NCBI GenBank assembly: GCA_964016885.1
Contig: OZ024743.1
Span: forward strand, 8,370,001-8,434,000
Direction: 5' to 3'
Length of the DNA: 64,000 nt
Origin: Eledone cirrhosa
Taxonomy: Eukaryota
Shown: positions 1-13,665 of the stretch, in pieces
Layout of the letters: every line of letters begins with the position of its first letter
Numbering within the stretch: position 1 is the first letter of the stretch
Program-made: the position numbers and the translations under genes
Notes under the pieces: model-generated
Seen by the model: the letters and a program-made list of their open reading frames with translations, nothing else
The model's database searches: none
Told to the model about the DNA's origin: nothing

Positions 1-419
1 TTTTTAAACAAGCATTTTTGTTGTGGAGTTTAGTCTAAGGTTGGTCTTCACAACCCCTTCCCATGTCTTCATATAAAATGAATAAATAAATAAATAAAGT
101 TCAATACATTATTTAATTGATTTACACGTGTTTCTTTCAAATACAGAAAGAAGTGGCATTTTATTCTTTTCGATTGAAATCTTCAGAATCGTTAAATAAT
201 TGTTTCTACTTTTAGTTCAGGGTCAGCATTACCTCAGTGCATTACTGGTGCTTAATACAAAAAAAATAGTTTTTTTATCAACCTCATGTCCAAACATTAT
301 CCCTCCGAGGTTAACTTTGCCTGTCATCCTTACGGGGTCGATAAAATAAAGTACCAGTTATACACTGGGATAACTGCTGGCCTTGTGCCAAAAGTAGAAA
401 CAATTATTATTATTATAAT

Positions 420-1770
420 CATCACGATTATCGCTTTTACGTCTGTTTTTCCACACTTGCATGGGTTAGGTGGGTCATTCTCATCACGGTATTTCTCCAT
501 TTGTCATGTTCCTTCATCATCTCCTCTGTGAGTATAAGGGATTTGAGGTGAGGTCAGCTCTCATAACTTCTGTCCAGGTCTTTCTTAGTCTACCTCTACT
601 GGGATTTCCTGGCACTCCTTTACCCAGTGATCATCGTCCATGCACATCACATGTCCATACCAACACAGTCTTCTCTCATGCACACCACCTTGGATTCCTC
701 TTAAACCCAGCTTCTCCCTCAACTCGAAGCATGGTTGCTTCATTTCTCTCCAGTCTATCCTTATTCTAACTATTATGCTCTTAGAGAAAATTAAGTCACC
801 TAGATAGCAGATGCTATCACCTACTTCTATGGGCCCTTCCTGTGACTGGGAAATGTTTATATCACTGGCACTTTTCCCCTCAGTTACCCAGTGCATCTTG
901 TATATGCAAAGTTTTCCCTTCCTGTTAGTCTACTCATTATCCCACCATATCTCTTGTGTACCCAAGATTCACATTGTGTACACCGTATGGAGTTTATGCC
1001 CACTCCCTTTCTACATATTGAGCAGGACCATTTCCCTGAAGGATCAGGGTCCTATCTTCTCTCCTTTTGATTCCAAATTCTGTTTCCATAGTCAGAACTT
1101 ATTTTCTAATTATCTAATGAATTCAGTGGATTCAGCTATAAGGACTAGGTCATCTGCATAGAGAAGTTTTCATGGGCAGCAGGTTGTAAACCATAATGAA
1201 TAGTAGTGGGCTAAGAACCAAACCCTGATGAACTACCTGTACCTTGAATTCCTCACTAATCTCACTTCCTATTCTCACATTGCTGACATCCCCTCTGTAC
1301 ATGGCTTGCACTGTTCTGACCAGCCATTCTTCTACACCTAATTTCCTTAAGGACCACCAGATCGAGGTACTCTTTCAAATGTTTTTGCTAGATCAATGAA
1401 AGCTAAGTATAGCGGCTTATTTTGGGATAGGAATTTCTCTTGTAGTTGCCTCACTAAGAAGAAGGCATCTCGTCTAATTTGACTCTTTCTCTAATTAGTT
1501 GCATTATAACGCTTTCTATCACTTTCATAACTTGGTTCATTAGTTTTATTCCTCTATAGTTGCTCCTTTCTAGAGCATCACCTTTGCCTTTGTAGCAATT
1601 TATGATCGTACTGCTGCGCCAAGCATTGTATATGACACTGTTCTGTATTACTTGATTAACTATGCGGGTTACTATCTCTGACGGTCCTGCAACTTTACCA
1701 TTCTTCATCTCTTTGATTGCTTCTTTAACCCTATAACTGTCAACTTCAATGGTTGGTCCTTCTATTGGGT
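420..1770 (-). mobile_element. Decayed RTE LINE fragment (RT to 3' tail)
   Basis: NYRGIKLM, GK(V)AGPSEI and ERRLCWYGHVM motifs in broken frames. Confidence 0.85.
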
Positions 1771-2066
1771 AACAGATAATGCTGGCGTAATCATTTTCTT
1801 AGTCTGGTCAAACCAAGAAGTGTCAAAAACTAGGTTCATCAGCTTACCAAACTGTGTTGAAATTATTTTATTTTTGAGAAGGGGGCATGCATTGTAGAGT
1901 TAGTCAAAGGTGATAAATAGCCAATCACTCTATGAGTGATTTGTGTTTTAAAATCATTTTGTCAATAAACAGTTGTTGATTCATAAATTCCTTCCCATTT
2001 GTTCCTTAGATTAGTATTTACTATTGAATTATGTTCTGTTATTTTCCAGAATTTACTAGTTAAACA

Positions 2067-2288
2067 ATGGAATCTGAGTCTTGTTCAACTTTGAATATAT
2101 CAGCGAAAGCAAAAGAAAGTAAGGCTTTGTGTTTATGGAAAAAACTGAAAAATTCTTTAGGTTTGGTAACCAAAACTTTGATTACTTATGAAGAAGAACA
2201 CAAAGACTTAATACATGGCATATGTTTCAAACTAAAGTTGTGTGAAGATCATTATATTACAGATGCACAATATCTATATCAAAAAAAT
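2067..2288 (+). CDS. WDR97: WD40-repeat gene (WDR97-like), coding exon 1
   Basis: ATG at 2067 with in-frame upstream TAA (2061); acceptor TTTTCCAG at 2049 implies an upstream non-coding exon; donor GTAAGT at 2289; 74 codons, phase 0. Confidence 0.75.
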
Positions 2289-2749
2289 GTAAGTGTACCA
2301 TGTTTTATTCTTTAGTTGGCTTCATTCATAAGCTTGCATCCGTGATAGGCATCAGTTTAAAGTCTCGAGTTAGGCATATCCACCAACAGTACTTACGTCA
2401 TTGCTCTCTGTTTGTGAAACCATTAGGTTATGAGACATAAACAAACAGACTGTTAATAAATAAACAAATTGCTAATGCACCAGCTGCACTCAGTATGGTG
2501 TAATGAAACTATATACAGTTCAGAGCAATATTATATGTTCTCATGCAAATCAATTTATCTACTATGTAACGTATTGTGTCCCTCTGGTATGCAAATTCGT
2601 ATTTGCAACATATGACTTTTATAAAATCATTGAGTGTGTGGCGATATGTAATTATCTGGCTCATTATAATTTTTATGTAATTATCTGGCTCATTATAATT
2701 TTTATATATATATATATTCCTACCCATACTAGCATGGAAGATGGACGTT

Positions 2750-3260
2750 AAACAATGATAATATATATATCATTATCATCTTCATCATCGTTTAATGTTA
2801 AACAATGATGATATATATATATATATATATCATCATCAACATCGTTTAACGTCCATCTTCCACACTAGCATGGGTTAGATGGGTTTGTTCCATTTAATGT
2901 GGGAATGGTCGGGAGACTGTGTCTCGCTCGTACGGAAGTGTCTCTGGGAGGTTTTCTACGCCGGAATGCCCTTCCTAACACCAACCACATTTACAGTGTG
3001 GACTGGGAGCCTTTTTACCGTGTCTCCTACACAACCACCCTACAGTGTGGACTGGGTGCTTTTTGTCGTTTCACCTACATGACCATTTTACAGTGGATGG
3101 AAGTGGGAGGATGGAGTAGGGGGAATGGGGGGGGGGGTAGATTGGGTTAAGAGGTTCCTACTGACTGTAGGTTTAAGTTTGTATGCAAGGGAAGGTGGGT
3201 CCTCTGTATAACTGCATAGCGCCAAAGATCTCGATCCAGTGACATTATCTTAGAGAGGTG
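2750..3260 (-). mobile_element. RTE 3' end/UTR fragment
   Basis: LDRDLWRYAV remnant, GGAAGGGCATCC-type 3' UTR, (CAT)n tail. Confidence 0.8.
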
Positions 3261-3508
3261 TGTATATATATATATATAGAGAGAGAGAGTTAGTTCCACA
3301 ACAAATTCAAGGACAGGTGTTTCACAGGACAGATTTTCAACCTGTGTATGGTTGCAATGAAAATGGAAGTTTATATGAGCTAATTCTGCGTGGCAAATGT
3401 CGGTAGTCATCATCATCATCATCATCATCATCTATCTTCCACGCTAACTAAACTCCTCCTTTGTACTGACTGCTCTACCGCAGTTATAGCCTCCCAGTTG
3501 TTTACCAT

Positions 3509-3659
3509 TATATATATATATATTTAATATAGAAATGACTTCTACAGGACTAGAACTGTTTCATTCAGAGGAAATCACCAGGAAAGGCTTTCCTGATGAT
3601 TTCCTCTGAATGAAACAGTTCTAGTCCTGTAAAAGCCATTTCTATATTAAATATATATA
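3509..3659. repeat. Near-perfect palindrome (about 75-bp arms) in (TA)n
   Basis: Centre at about 3586 (CAGGAAAG-G-CTTTCCTG). Confidence 0.95.
3586..3637 (+). ncRNA. Type I hammerhead ribozyme-like motif
   Basis: GGCTTTC-CTGATGA-TTTC CTCT GAAT-GAA-ACAG ttctagtc CTGT-A-AAAGCC; helix I has a one-nt register defect. Confidence 0.65.
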
Positions 3660-3714
3660 CTCTGCTATGTATTGAGTACCTTCCTTACTGTGGTTACCCC
3701 TGATTGAACCCGGG

Positions 3715-3757
<43 letters not shown>

Positions 3758-3924
3758 AAAGTTCTATTTAAATTGTTGGGATACAACAAGCAAATATTTT
3801 TATAACTGATATAAAGCACTCAACAAATTATTGGAGTAAAAATACGATATATTAACAAATCTGGGAGCTTCCAACAGAAATGGTCGCATTCTTTAAGGGT
3901 ATGTCAATATTTATTTATAAAAAA

Positions 3925-4185
3925 AAAATGAGATCGTGTAGGTGTCACGACAAAAAAACACACAGTCCACGCTGTAATGTGGCCGTGTAGGCAACACGGT
4001 AAAAACCCCCCAGACCCACACTGTAAATGTGGTTGGTGTTAGGAAGGGCATCCAACTGTAGAAAACCTGCCAGACAGTCCTATACGAGCAAGACAATCAC
4101 TCCTGCCTCAAGTGGGACTACCCCCGTCCAAACCCATGCAAGCGTGGAACACGGACGTTAAACGTTGATGATGATGATGATGATG
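3925..4185 (+). mobile_element. RTE 3' UTR fragment
   Basis: Near-identical to 58378-58635, (GAT)n tail. Confidence 0.85.
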
Positions 4186-4377
4186 AAAACTGCTCTATAT
4201 TATATTTTATCTGATGAAAGCACACCATAATTTAACTTGGTGTCCTTGAAATATGTATAATGAAATAAATATGGTTTTATAAATATAATTTCCATTTGTT
4301 AATATATCGTATATATATATATTGTATATACGATATATTAACAAATGGAAACTATATTTATAAAACCATATTTATTA

Positions 4378-4725
4378 CGGAGGCACATGGCTTAGTGGTT
4401 AGAGCAGTGGCCTTGCAATCAAAAGGTTGTGAGTTCAATTCTCAGACCGGGTGATGTGTTGTTTCCTTGAGCAAGACATTTTATTTCACATTGCTCCAGT
4501 TTACTCAGCTGTAGAAATGAGATGATAGGAACTGGGGTCCCTATCATTCCACTGCAAAATGGTCGTGGAGGTGCCACGGCAAAAAAGCACCCAGCACTCA
4601 CTGTAAATGAGGTTGGTGTTAGGAAGGGCATCCAGCTGTAGAAATCAAGCCAGGATCAGTTCCCGTCCCACCCTTGCAAGCAGGGAAAAAGCGGACGTAA
4701 AATGAAATGATGAAAATGAAATGAT
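4378..4725 (+). mobile_element. tRNA-headed SINE-like sequence joined to an RTE 3' UTR tail
   Basis: A-box TGGCTTAGTGG, B-box GAGTTCAATTC, CORE-like CCTTGAGCAAGAC, then RTE UTR. Confidence 0.65.
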
Positions 4726-5119
4726 GTATATAAAGTGGGTTGTGTAGTTGTTTTTGGAGTGCATACAATTGAGGGCAAGGTAAGAAGAGTTAGCTATCAG
4801 GAGCATAAAGGGAGAAGCTAGAATGTAATAAAATACAATAAATTAGATGAAAATTGTTTAAAAACAGTATACTTTTTGTGTTTTGTTGTTCGTTTATGTA
4901 AAGGTAGAGGTGTAGCAAGATAAGTGTGTGAGAGTTAAAGTTTGAATGAAATAAAACACAAAACATATACCATTTTAAAAATAAGTTTTATCTCATATAT
5001 TGTATTTTGTTATATTCTAATTCTAGCTTCTCCCTCTGATGATGATGATGTATTTGTGTGGGTGTGTGAGTGTGTGTGTGTGTGTGGGTGTGTATGTGTG
5101 TGCGTGCAGACATACATAC

Positions 5120-5743
5120 ATGATGGCTGCAAACTATGCTAAGAATATTGCAATTGCTTGTCAGGTTATAGAATTTGGTGCACCTTTAGGCTATGGCCAG
5201 CCACACAAACCTGTAACATATCCTGAACAAGCAATGCCTGTGCTTTGAAATCTTTTTAAGTGGGAAAAGGCCGTGCACTCGATCAACCCCACTCTCTGAG
5301 TATGGAAAACACTACCCAAAAAGAGAACTAGTCAACATCATTGGATGCTTCCAAAGGTTTTTTTCAAAGTTTCCCTCTCCTAGAAAGGTGTTGTGACAAC
5401 TGGGGGCCTTTCACTCCCAGGTGAAAAAACAAAACAAAAAAAAAAACTATTTGGATGACTGTTGACTTTGCTGAGTGCCTCCGCCCTTTGTCAGGTCTTG
5501 TATTTCATCCCGCTGGGTGTCCAAATATTACCCTCCTCACCAAGCTAGCTTGGTGGGGTTGCCGGTTTAGTCACCGACAACCCAACCATGAGACAGGTCG
5601 TACTGGGTTACATGTTACCAGTAGCACTTGAGAGCGATCTGACATAACATACATACATACATACATACATACATACATACATACATACATACATACATAC
5701 ATACATACATACATACATACATACATACATACATACATACATA
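5120..5743 (+). mobile_element. Non-autonomous retro-element ending in a long (CATA)n tail; related - strand copy at about 34630-34900
   Basis: Shared hairpin CACCAAGCT(A/T)GCTTGGTG and flanks in both copies; (ACAT)n at 5648-5743. Confidence 0.55.
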
Positions 5744-5944
5744 CTGCTGGGTACATTTCTTTTTTTTTTTTTTATGGCACCAGCACTAACACTATACAGA
5801 TTCATAATGTAAATATCCACAGAGAGTACAGAATCATTACAACACAGGATATTGTGAACCAAACATGTATGATTTCTTTGAAATCAAGGATCTACTACTG
5901 TTATAATAATGTGTAACATAGATTCCGCTTTTTATTTCTTGCAG

Positions 5945-6094
5945 CTATATGTTATAATTGGAAAAGAAACAGCTATTTTTTACACTGATGAAGGTATAAA
6001 GACTATGGAGATTCCATTCTCATTCGATAATATCAGATCTATCATAGGCTCACAAAGATTCGTTGCTTGGAAGAATGAAAGCAGTGAAATTCAT
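5945..6094 (+). CDS. WDR97: WDR97-like exon 2 (LYVIIGKETA...ESSEIH)
   Basis: TTTCTTGCAG acceptor, GTATGT donor, phase 0/0, open frame. Confidence 0.8.
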
Positions 6095-6184
6095 GTATGT
6101 ATCTTTTATATCTAAGTATATATACCTATACACACACATATACATACACAATCAAACACACACACATATATAAGTGTGTGTGTG

Positions 6185-6870
6185 TGTCATCATCATCAGC
6201 ATCATTTTAATGTCCACTTTTCCATGCTTGCATGGGTTGGACAGGTTCTTTTCAGCACAGCATCTCTCTACTTGTCATATCCCTTCATTATCTCCTCTGT
6301 GAGTCTCATTCATCCAGGTCTTTCTAGGCCTACCTCTAGTGCATCTTCATTCCACTGGGATTTCCTAGTAATTCGTCATCTAGCAATCATCATCCAAGCC
6401 CATCACATGTCCGTATCAACACAGTCTTCTCTCTTGCACACCACTTCTGATCCCTCTTAAACCCACTTTCTCCCTCAATTCATCCAATTTCTGCTTTTCT
6501 CTCACTTCCACTGGAGCATGGTTGCTTTGTATCTCTCCAATCTATGCATGTCCTCTGCCGTCAAGCCCATGTTTCACTAACATGCAGCATTCTACATTCC
6601 ACACAGGCATCATATAGTTATCCTTTTGTACGTAGGGAGAAAACTGTTGTTGTAAATAGTGAGAGTAGCTCTCTAAACTTCTTCCATCCTCTCCTTATTC
6701 TAGCTATTATGCTCTCACAGTGCCCTCCTCTGCTGCTTATTAAGTCGCCTACATAGCAAAGCTATGAACCGTTTCTGTAGATCCTTCCTGTGATTGAAAA
6801 TTGTTTATATCACTGGCACTTATTTCCTCGGTTACCCCTGTGAATCTTCCACACACAAAGTCCTCCTTTC
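6185..6870 (-). mobile_element. Decayed RTE fragment, interrupted by the CR1-type LINE; more RTE sequence at about 8790-8860
   Basis: RT C-terminal remnants and (CAT)n tail. Confidence 0.7.
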
Positions 6871-6871
6871 T

Positions 6872-8765
6872 TAAATGATAATAATGAAATTATTGTGTAC
6901 AGTGCTCAGGCGCACTACAACTCATCAAAGGTGCATGTTTAGTACATAGAATAATATACAAATGTCAGGGAAGTGAATAGTGTATGAGTCATGATATACA
7001 TGTGTGTATGTGTATGGAGGGGGAACATCAGGTGTAGTGTTGGCGAATCTCGGGAAGCATGGAGGTTTTAAAGGATGCAGTGTCTCGACAGCTAACAACT
7101 GATGCAGGTAGTTTGTTCCATGCTTCAGCAACTCCGAGTATGAAAAAATGTTTCCGAAAGTCATGGGAGCTGTGCTGTTTTCTTACTTTGTTAGACATAT
7201 GGAAATCAAAATGCTGGTTAATAATTTTGTGGGTGTTTACCAAGTCAGTTGCCAGGCGTCGGAGCTTCAATGTATCCATGCCCAGGGAAGCAAGGTGTTC
7301 AGAGTATAGTAGATGCCTGATGGAGGGTATTGCTTGGTTGCACGTCTCTGAACAGTTTCCAGGCGGTCAATGTTCTGAGCAAGATAGGGGTTCCAGACTG
7401 GTGATGCAAATTCTAAGTGTGGCCGCACCATAGCTATATACAGCTTTAAATAGATAGCTGGAGAGCGGCTGACAAAGGTCGTGCTGAGTGATGCTAAGAC
7501 ATCCTCGGCCTTCTTGACAATTTTAGAGATGTGCTTCATCCAACGGAAATTGCTGCTGACAGTAATGCCCAGGTTACATTCACAAGAAGACTTCTTGATA
7601 TTAGTGTTGTGGAGGGAGTATGTGGATGCTGGGTTTTTACTCCTAAAATGCATGGTGGTGCACTTGCCCACAGCCAGCTTAAGTTGCCAGTCTGTGATCC
7701 ATTGTTGCATTGGGTCCAGGTCAGATTGCAGGCAAGATCTATAGTGTTCAGGATCTGTCCTTTTTATCTCAAGGTACAGCTTGATGTCATCTGCATATTT
7801 CAGTACTGTTGCATTCTTTAAGTTGGCATCTATGTCATTAATATATGCCACAAACAAAAAGGAGCCAAGAACAGATCCCTGTGGTACACCAGATGACATC
7901 TCATATGGTGAGGAATGCTGTCCTAGAACTGTGACTACCTCTCTTCGACTGAGAATGAAGGACTTCAACCAGTTAAAAAGATCATCCTTTACACCCATTG
8001 CAGAGAGTTTTGTCATAAGTCTTTTGTGTGGCACAGAATTGAAAGCTTTAGCAAAGTCAAGGTAAACAATATCGACCCATGAGCCACCATCAGTGATTCG
8101 AGTGATGTCTTCAAGAAACTCGATAAGTTGATCACAGCAGCTGGAGTTAGGGATAAATCCAAATTGTGAGGGCCGGATAAGACTGTGAGAGTTCCAGAAG
8201 TTCCAAAGTGTTTCTCTGACACAGAATTCCATTAGTTTGGCAATGCAGCTAGTAAGACTGACTGGACGATAGTTCACAGGTGATGTGCAGTCACCCTTTT
8301 TGAACAGAGGAATGACACTGGCAGTTTTTCACTATTCTGGAGTAGCACCATTGTTCAGACAGAATTGGAAGAAGCGTGATAGCTGGTGCAGAAGAAAGTA
8401 CCCACCACGTTTGAGAAGCAGGTACGTAACACCATCAAGACCAGGAGAGGCATGGTTGCATTTATTTTTAAGGTGACGTCGCAGCATTGCAGGTGTAAAT
8501 TCCATAGTTGTAATAGAATCCAATATCAGAGGTGGTGGAGACGGTACACTCTGGTCTTCAATAGTAAAAATGCCTGCATAGCATTCACACAATGAGCTCT
8601 GTGCATTCCTTGGGGTCGTCAGTAACCTGGCTTGTGTGGGGATTGTGAAGAGAACCAACTGGAGAGTGAGACCTCTGCTTTGAGTGAATGTACTTCCAGA
8701 TCACCTTACTGTCAGGGTTGGTTGCTATGTGCTGCTCAAATTGAAGCACTGCCTTTTTTGTCACC
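6872..8765 (-). mobile_element. 5'-truncated CR1-type LINE (RT ORF 7267-8277)
   Basis: NYRPVSLTS, QFGF, YLDFAKAFNSVPH, GVPQGSVLG, YADD, RPHLEFASPVWNP, FRKHFF; (ATT)n tail. Confidence 0.9.
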
Positions 8766-9025
8766 TAAGGGCCGGCAGATAATAAATTGAGGTACTCTGT
8801 CAATGAAAGCTAAATATAGTGGCTTATTCTTGGCTAGGAACTTCTCTTTTAGTTGCCTCACTATGTGTGTGTATATATATCAGCATTATCATCTAATCAT
8901 TTTATATATGCTTTCTATGGTGGCATGTGTTGGGTAGTTCATCATGGTTTGAATCAGTTACTGCCATCCTATACAAATTCTGACGAAGAACCACATCTCA
9001 CTTGTGTGTTGCAATTTTGCTCCCT

Positions 9026-9081
<56 letters not shown>

Positions 9082-9480
9082 GTAGTGTACATGAATAGCA
9101 AATCATTATTAACTGGGAATAAGAAGGATTGGATGCATTGTACAAAAGAGAAGACTCTTGATATGAACATTTGGTGTATATGAAGAATGACAGCTACAAA
9201 AAGAAAGCACTCAAAGCTAAGGTAGCCTGTGGAAGAGGAAAGCCTTTCATTAAAGATGTGGTAAGAGAAGAAAATAAGAACTTGTAACACTTATGTTCTT
9301 CTCAAAGGTATCACCAATGTAAAAATCAATGAATTTTGAACAAATGATGACCTCTTAAAATCAATCTTTATTTTCTTTTTTGTTACAACTAATAACTCAA
9401 TAAATACATTTTAAGAGATGTAATCTTTATTACTCCTATATGATGTCTTCATTTTTTTTTTTTTTTTTTTTTATTTACAG

Positions 9481-9597
9481 TTGCTGGATAATTCAATGAA
9501 AGTGGTAAATTCTGTAAAATGTCCGAATACTATTTATATAGTATCTGGCAATGCAAGACCTAATGAAATTTTTGTTGTTGGCAAAGGTTATGTTGTT
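9481..9597 (+). CDS. WDR97: WDR97-like exon 3 (LLDNSMKVVN...GKGYVV)
   Basis: poly-T TTTACAG acceptor, GTAAGT donor, phase 0/0. Confidence 0.85.
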
Positions 9598-9936
9598 GTA
9601 AGTTCCCTTAACCCTATAGTATTTACATTACTCTATATTTACTATTATATTTTCACATAATTGTCTCACATAATATCGAATCTTCTAAATTTTGATACTA
9701 CTTATTTTGAGAACAATACCTTAACATCAGTACGAGTGGCCAGTTACTGCTGGTTTGAACAGAAAGAGGTGAGAGAATTGTGGCTGAATACAACCAGTTT
9801 AAATTCTAAAGGGTTTTAATTTAACATAGTTTAAATGCATATATTGATATGACTAGAACATTAGCAATGAGAATGGAAAAAAAACAGGGTTAATTCAATT
9901 TTCAGCCTGAAATGTAGCATTATTTATTTATTTAGA

Positions 9937-10125
9937 GGGCGGTGTATTGGCAGTATCGGTAGAGGGTCGGACGCCATGCTTTCCAGCATAATTACGTCCC
10001 TTTACGATCTGAGTTCAAATCCCGCCGAGGTTGACTTTGCCTTTCATCCTTACGGGGTCGATAAAATAAAGTACCAGTAATGCACTGGGTAATTGCTGGC
10101 CTTGTGCCTAAAGTAGAAACAATTA
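9937..10125 (+). mobile_element. Dominant tRNA-derived SINE (about 190 bp), representative copy; others near 300(+), 18055(+), 19808(+), 23378(-), 32526(+), 32720(-), 33290-33965(+ x4), 36905(-), 39735(-), 40598(+), 42615(-), 63215(-)
   Basis: A-box TGGCAGTATCGG, B-box GAGTTCAAATCC, core GCCTTTCATCCTTACGGGGTCGATAAAATAAAGTACC, (ATT)n tail. Confidence 0.9.
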
Positions 10126-10510
10126 TTTATTTATTTACTGGTTCATACTAATACACAATGGCTCTATCATGCTTTCTTATCATTTTAGTTAATCCATCTA
10201 TTAGCTTCACTGAGAATAGGATCTCTTTAAACCATTTTCACTCCTTATTCAGGAATATCTCATTTTCAACATTACAAAATCAACTGTACACAAATAATTT
10301 CACATACATTTTTTTGCCTTAATGATATTTAATCTAGACTGACAAAATTGTACAACCAGTATTGATTTTTATTTGATATTAGATTTCTTAGCTTTTGTGC
10401 TTTAGTCTACCATTGTACTGAATTTATATTTAAGTTGTTTAGTTCTTCAGTTTTCTTATGCTAGTTTTAAATTATTTAAAACATTTTTTACACTATCTCT
10501 CATTCTCTCT

Positions 10511-10592
<82 letters not shown>

Positions 10593-11419
10593 TTGTTCTC
10601 ACTGAACTGATTGTCAATTTTAAACATAATATATTAGATACATAATTAGATACATAATTAGATACATTCTATACTCCAATAAATGTACTTTAATGAATGT
10701 TCCATGAAGAAAATTCTTTGTAGCAGTCAGTTTTATCAGCATATCAATATTTAAATGTTTTTTGCTATGACAATGACATAATATTCTAAGGTGTGTACAG
10801 TGGTTTACTGTTGTCTTCTGCAGTATGTGTGAATACTAAGATGCTTAGAGAAATGAATAAATGAAATAACTGAGTTCACTAGTCATTTCCCAATCTACAG
10901 GTCTAATATAATCTATTATGAAGTATATATACATATAGATATCAATCTGTACAGTGGCGCTATAACTATTTTATTTAAAAATATGAACTTTTTAATTCAA
11001 ATATTGATCCAAAATGAAAACTAAAATACATTTTTATAATACAAATATCATAAAAAATAGTTTTATTACATTTTATTGTTATTATTGTTGTTAATACTGC
11101 TGCTACTGCTGGTGATGATGATTTTGTTGATTGTGTTAGTGTAAGAAGTTCGTAGATTACTTCAATAGCGTGTTGACTTTAGAGTACTGAATAGTATAAA
11201 GTATTCCCTGAAGTCATATACAGTCACGCAAATAATAAGCCTACGGGAGATAACTCATATATTTAGTGTTTAGATTTATTTCCCCTGATCAAACATTATA
11301 AGAGGAAAGGATATTTTGCGTGCTTTGTTTCAAGATAATATAATCGGATGTGTCAAAAGTATTCTTCGCCTGCCCAACCACAGTTACCAACAGTCGTACA
11401 CTTTAGGAGAGTTTCCTAA

Positions 11420-11650
11420 AATATAGTGTGGTTAAGGAGTTCACTTCGCGACCACATTGTTCTGAATTCCGTCTCGTTGAGTGGCATCTTGGGTTATTGC
11501 CTTCTACTACAGCCTTGTGAGTGGAATTTGGTTGACGGAAACAGCAGAAACCCATCGTATGTGTGTTTGTCTCTGTGTTTGTATCCCATAATTTAGTGAT
11601 TTGATAAAAAAAATAGTTCCATAAAATAAGTACCATGCTTATTGGTTAAA
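11420..11650 (+). mobile_element. Degenerate tRNA-derived SINE (second family)
   Basis: GTGTGGTTAAG head, (GT)-rich middle, ATAAGTACC end. Confidence 0.5.
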
Positions 11651-11664
11651 TAATTACTTTACTC

Positions 11665-13665
11665 GAGTGACGCCGGTAAGGTATTATCAGCCATTGAAAA
11701 GAACCATGGAGAGTGTATTTAACAGCATTAGGGTTAGAGCCCCTAACTACATTGTCAATGAGCAGTCTGGTCGTTATGATTCTGCTGGTTTAAAGCCACA
11801 GGGAGGTCCAGTAGATGATGAATCAGCTGTCTCTGAGATAAATATAAAGAATACAGATTTGTCCTGCAGAAGAGCCATTAAAATCGGCACTCTGAATGTG
11901 AAGACTGTTTGAACGCTGGAGAAGAGAGTTGGGTCATCTGTTCGAGGAGAGTGGTATGCAGATATATGTGATCCAAGAACACAGGATCCTACATAATAAG
12001 CCTGTGAAGAGAATGATGATTGGAAAGAGGAGCCAACTCATCACCACATCAGCAGTGAAGAACAAAACTAATGCTTCAGTAGGAGAAGTGGGTTTTGTGT
12101 TCAGCGCAAGAGCCAATCTATTAGTGAGGGAAATCATACCTGCTCCCCATGAGTGTTGAGGGTGACCTTCAATGGACACCCAAGGCTGACAGTTATCCCA
12201 GCCTATAGTCCAACCGAGGTAGACAGTGATGTGAATGCAGAGGAGTTCCATGAGGAAGTGTGTAGAGCTGTCAATACCACACCAGCTCATAACATCCTGC
12301 TTGTTCTGGGTGACTTCAATGCACATCTGAGTAAGGAGAGCAGTGAAAGTCCTTGCTGGTACTTCCATAACAACACCAACTGAAATGGGAAACTACTGAG
12401 GGACACCTTGCTGGAGGCGAACTTGATGGCAACCAGCCTAAGCTTTAGGAAGAATCCGGGGAAGATGTGGACCTACATCTCAGATATGCACCTGTCCAAG
12501 TCCCAGATTGATTTCATTCTGGTGAGGAAGAAGTGGTGGAATAGTGTTCTGAACACAGAACCATACAATTATTTCAGTACACTGGGCAGTGACCACAGGC
12601 TTGTTATGAGTGAGGTCCGGGTGAGCTTAAGAAAGAGTTAGGCTCAGCCCCGGAGATCAATCTATGACTGGAGAGCTTTCAAGGAAAATTATAAGCTACA
12701 GGAGAGGTACACAGTAGAAGTGAGGAACAGGTCCAGTGCTCTGTCTGGCAAAGCAGAGGAGAGAGATATTGGAGGGACTGAGGAGAGTATGACGGGGAAG
12801 TACACCAATGCAGTAGCAGAAGCAAGTGTGGCCCTGGTGCCGAGGAGAAAGAAGAGGAAAAACGCCAGTTCTGCAGACCTAAAATTGTGTGGAGCCAGGG
12901 AACACCTGAAAGTTGCCAAGGACCAATTCCATGCTGATCCTATGGAGGAGAGGAAGAAGAATATGGAGGTGATGAAAGAAGAACTCTGTACCACTTACAC
13001 TGAGGCCAGAGAGGAGGCACTGATAGAGAAAATCGGAAGTGTGGAGAGAGCGGTTGACAGGTCTAGGTGTAAAGAGAGCTGGACGATCATTAACGAGATC
13101 ACAGGGAGGAAGAGAGAGAGAGAGTCAGATCCAGGGAACAAGGCCTGGGGATAGGAAGAGGAAATGGCTGGACCATTTTAAGACCCTACTAGGAGCATCA
13201 GAGGTGATGAAGAGGTGTGATTTTGATGATATCATCCTGGAGTTCTGTAACCAGGCACTGGAGAAAGGAGTTGCCCCAGATCAGTGGAGGATCAGTAACA
13301 TCATCCTAGTGCCAAAGAAGGGAGATCTCTATAACACCAACAACTATAGGGAGGGGGGATCTCACTGACGTCACTTGTGGCAAAGACCCTCAACAGGATG
13401 ATTCTTAACAGGATCCAGCCCAAGATAGAGAAGAAGCTCAGGGACAACCAGAACGGCTTCAGATCAACCACCAGTCACATCCTGATGCTGAGGAGGATAC
13501 TATAAAGACTTTGGGAAGGCCTTTGATTCTGTGGATCGTCACTGCCTGATGAAGATCTTACAGAAGATAGTGGACCTGATATCACTGCTCTACACCAACA
13601 CCAGAGCTCAAGTCATTACACCTGACGGGATGACGGAGTTCTTTGAGATACTGGCTGGAGTGCAC
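11665..13665 (+). mobile_element. Decayed APE-RT LINE, a different family from the main RTE
   Basis: IGTLNVKT, IQEHR, LGDFNAH, IDFILV, SDHRLV and VPKKGDL...NYR with many stops and frameshifts. Confidence 0.85.

Noticed and set aside
2318-2342. Short similarity to exon 5 (GGCTTCAT...AAGCTTGCATC)
   Set aside because: Too short and gapped; consistent with chance.
9937-10030. tRNA genes suggested by A/B boxes
   Set aside because: No cloverleaf; these are SINE heads followed by SINE bodies.
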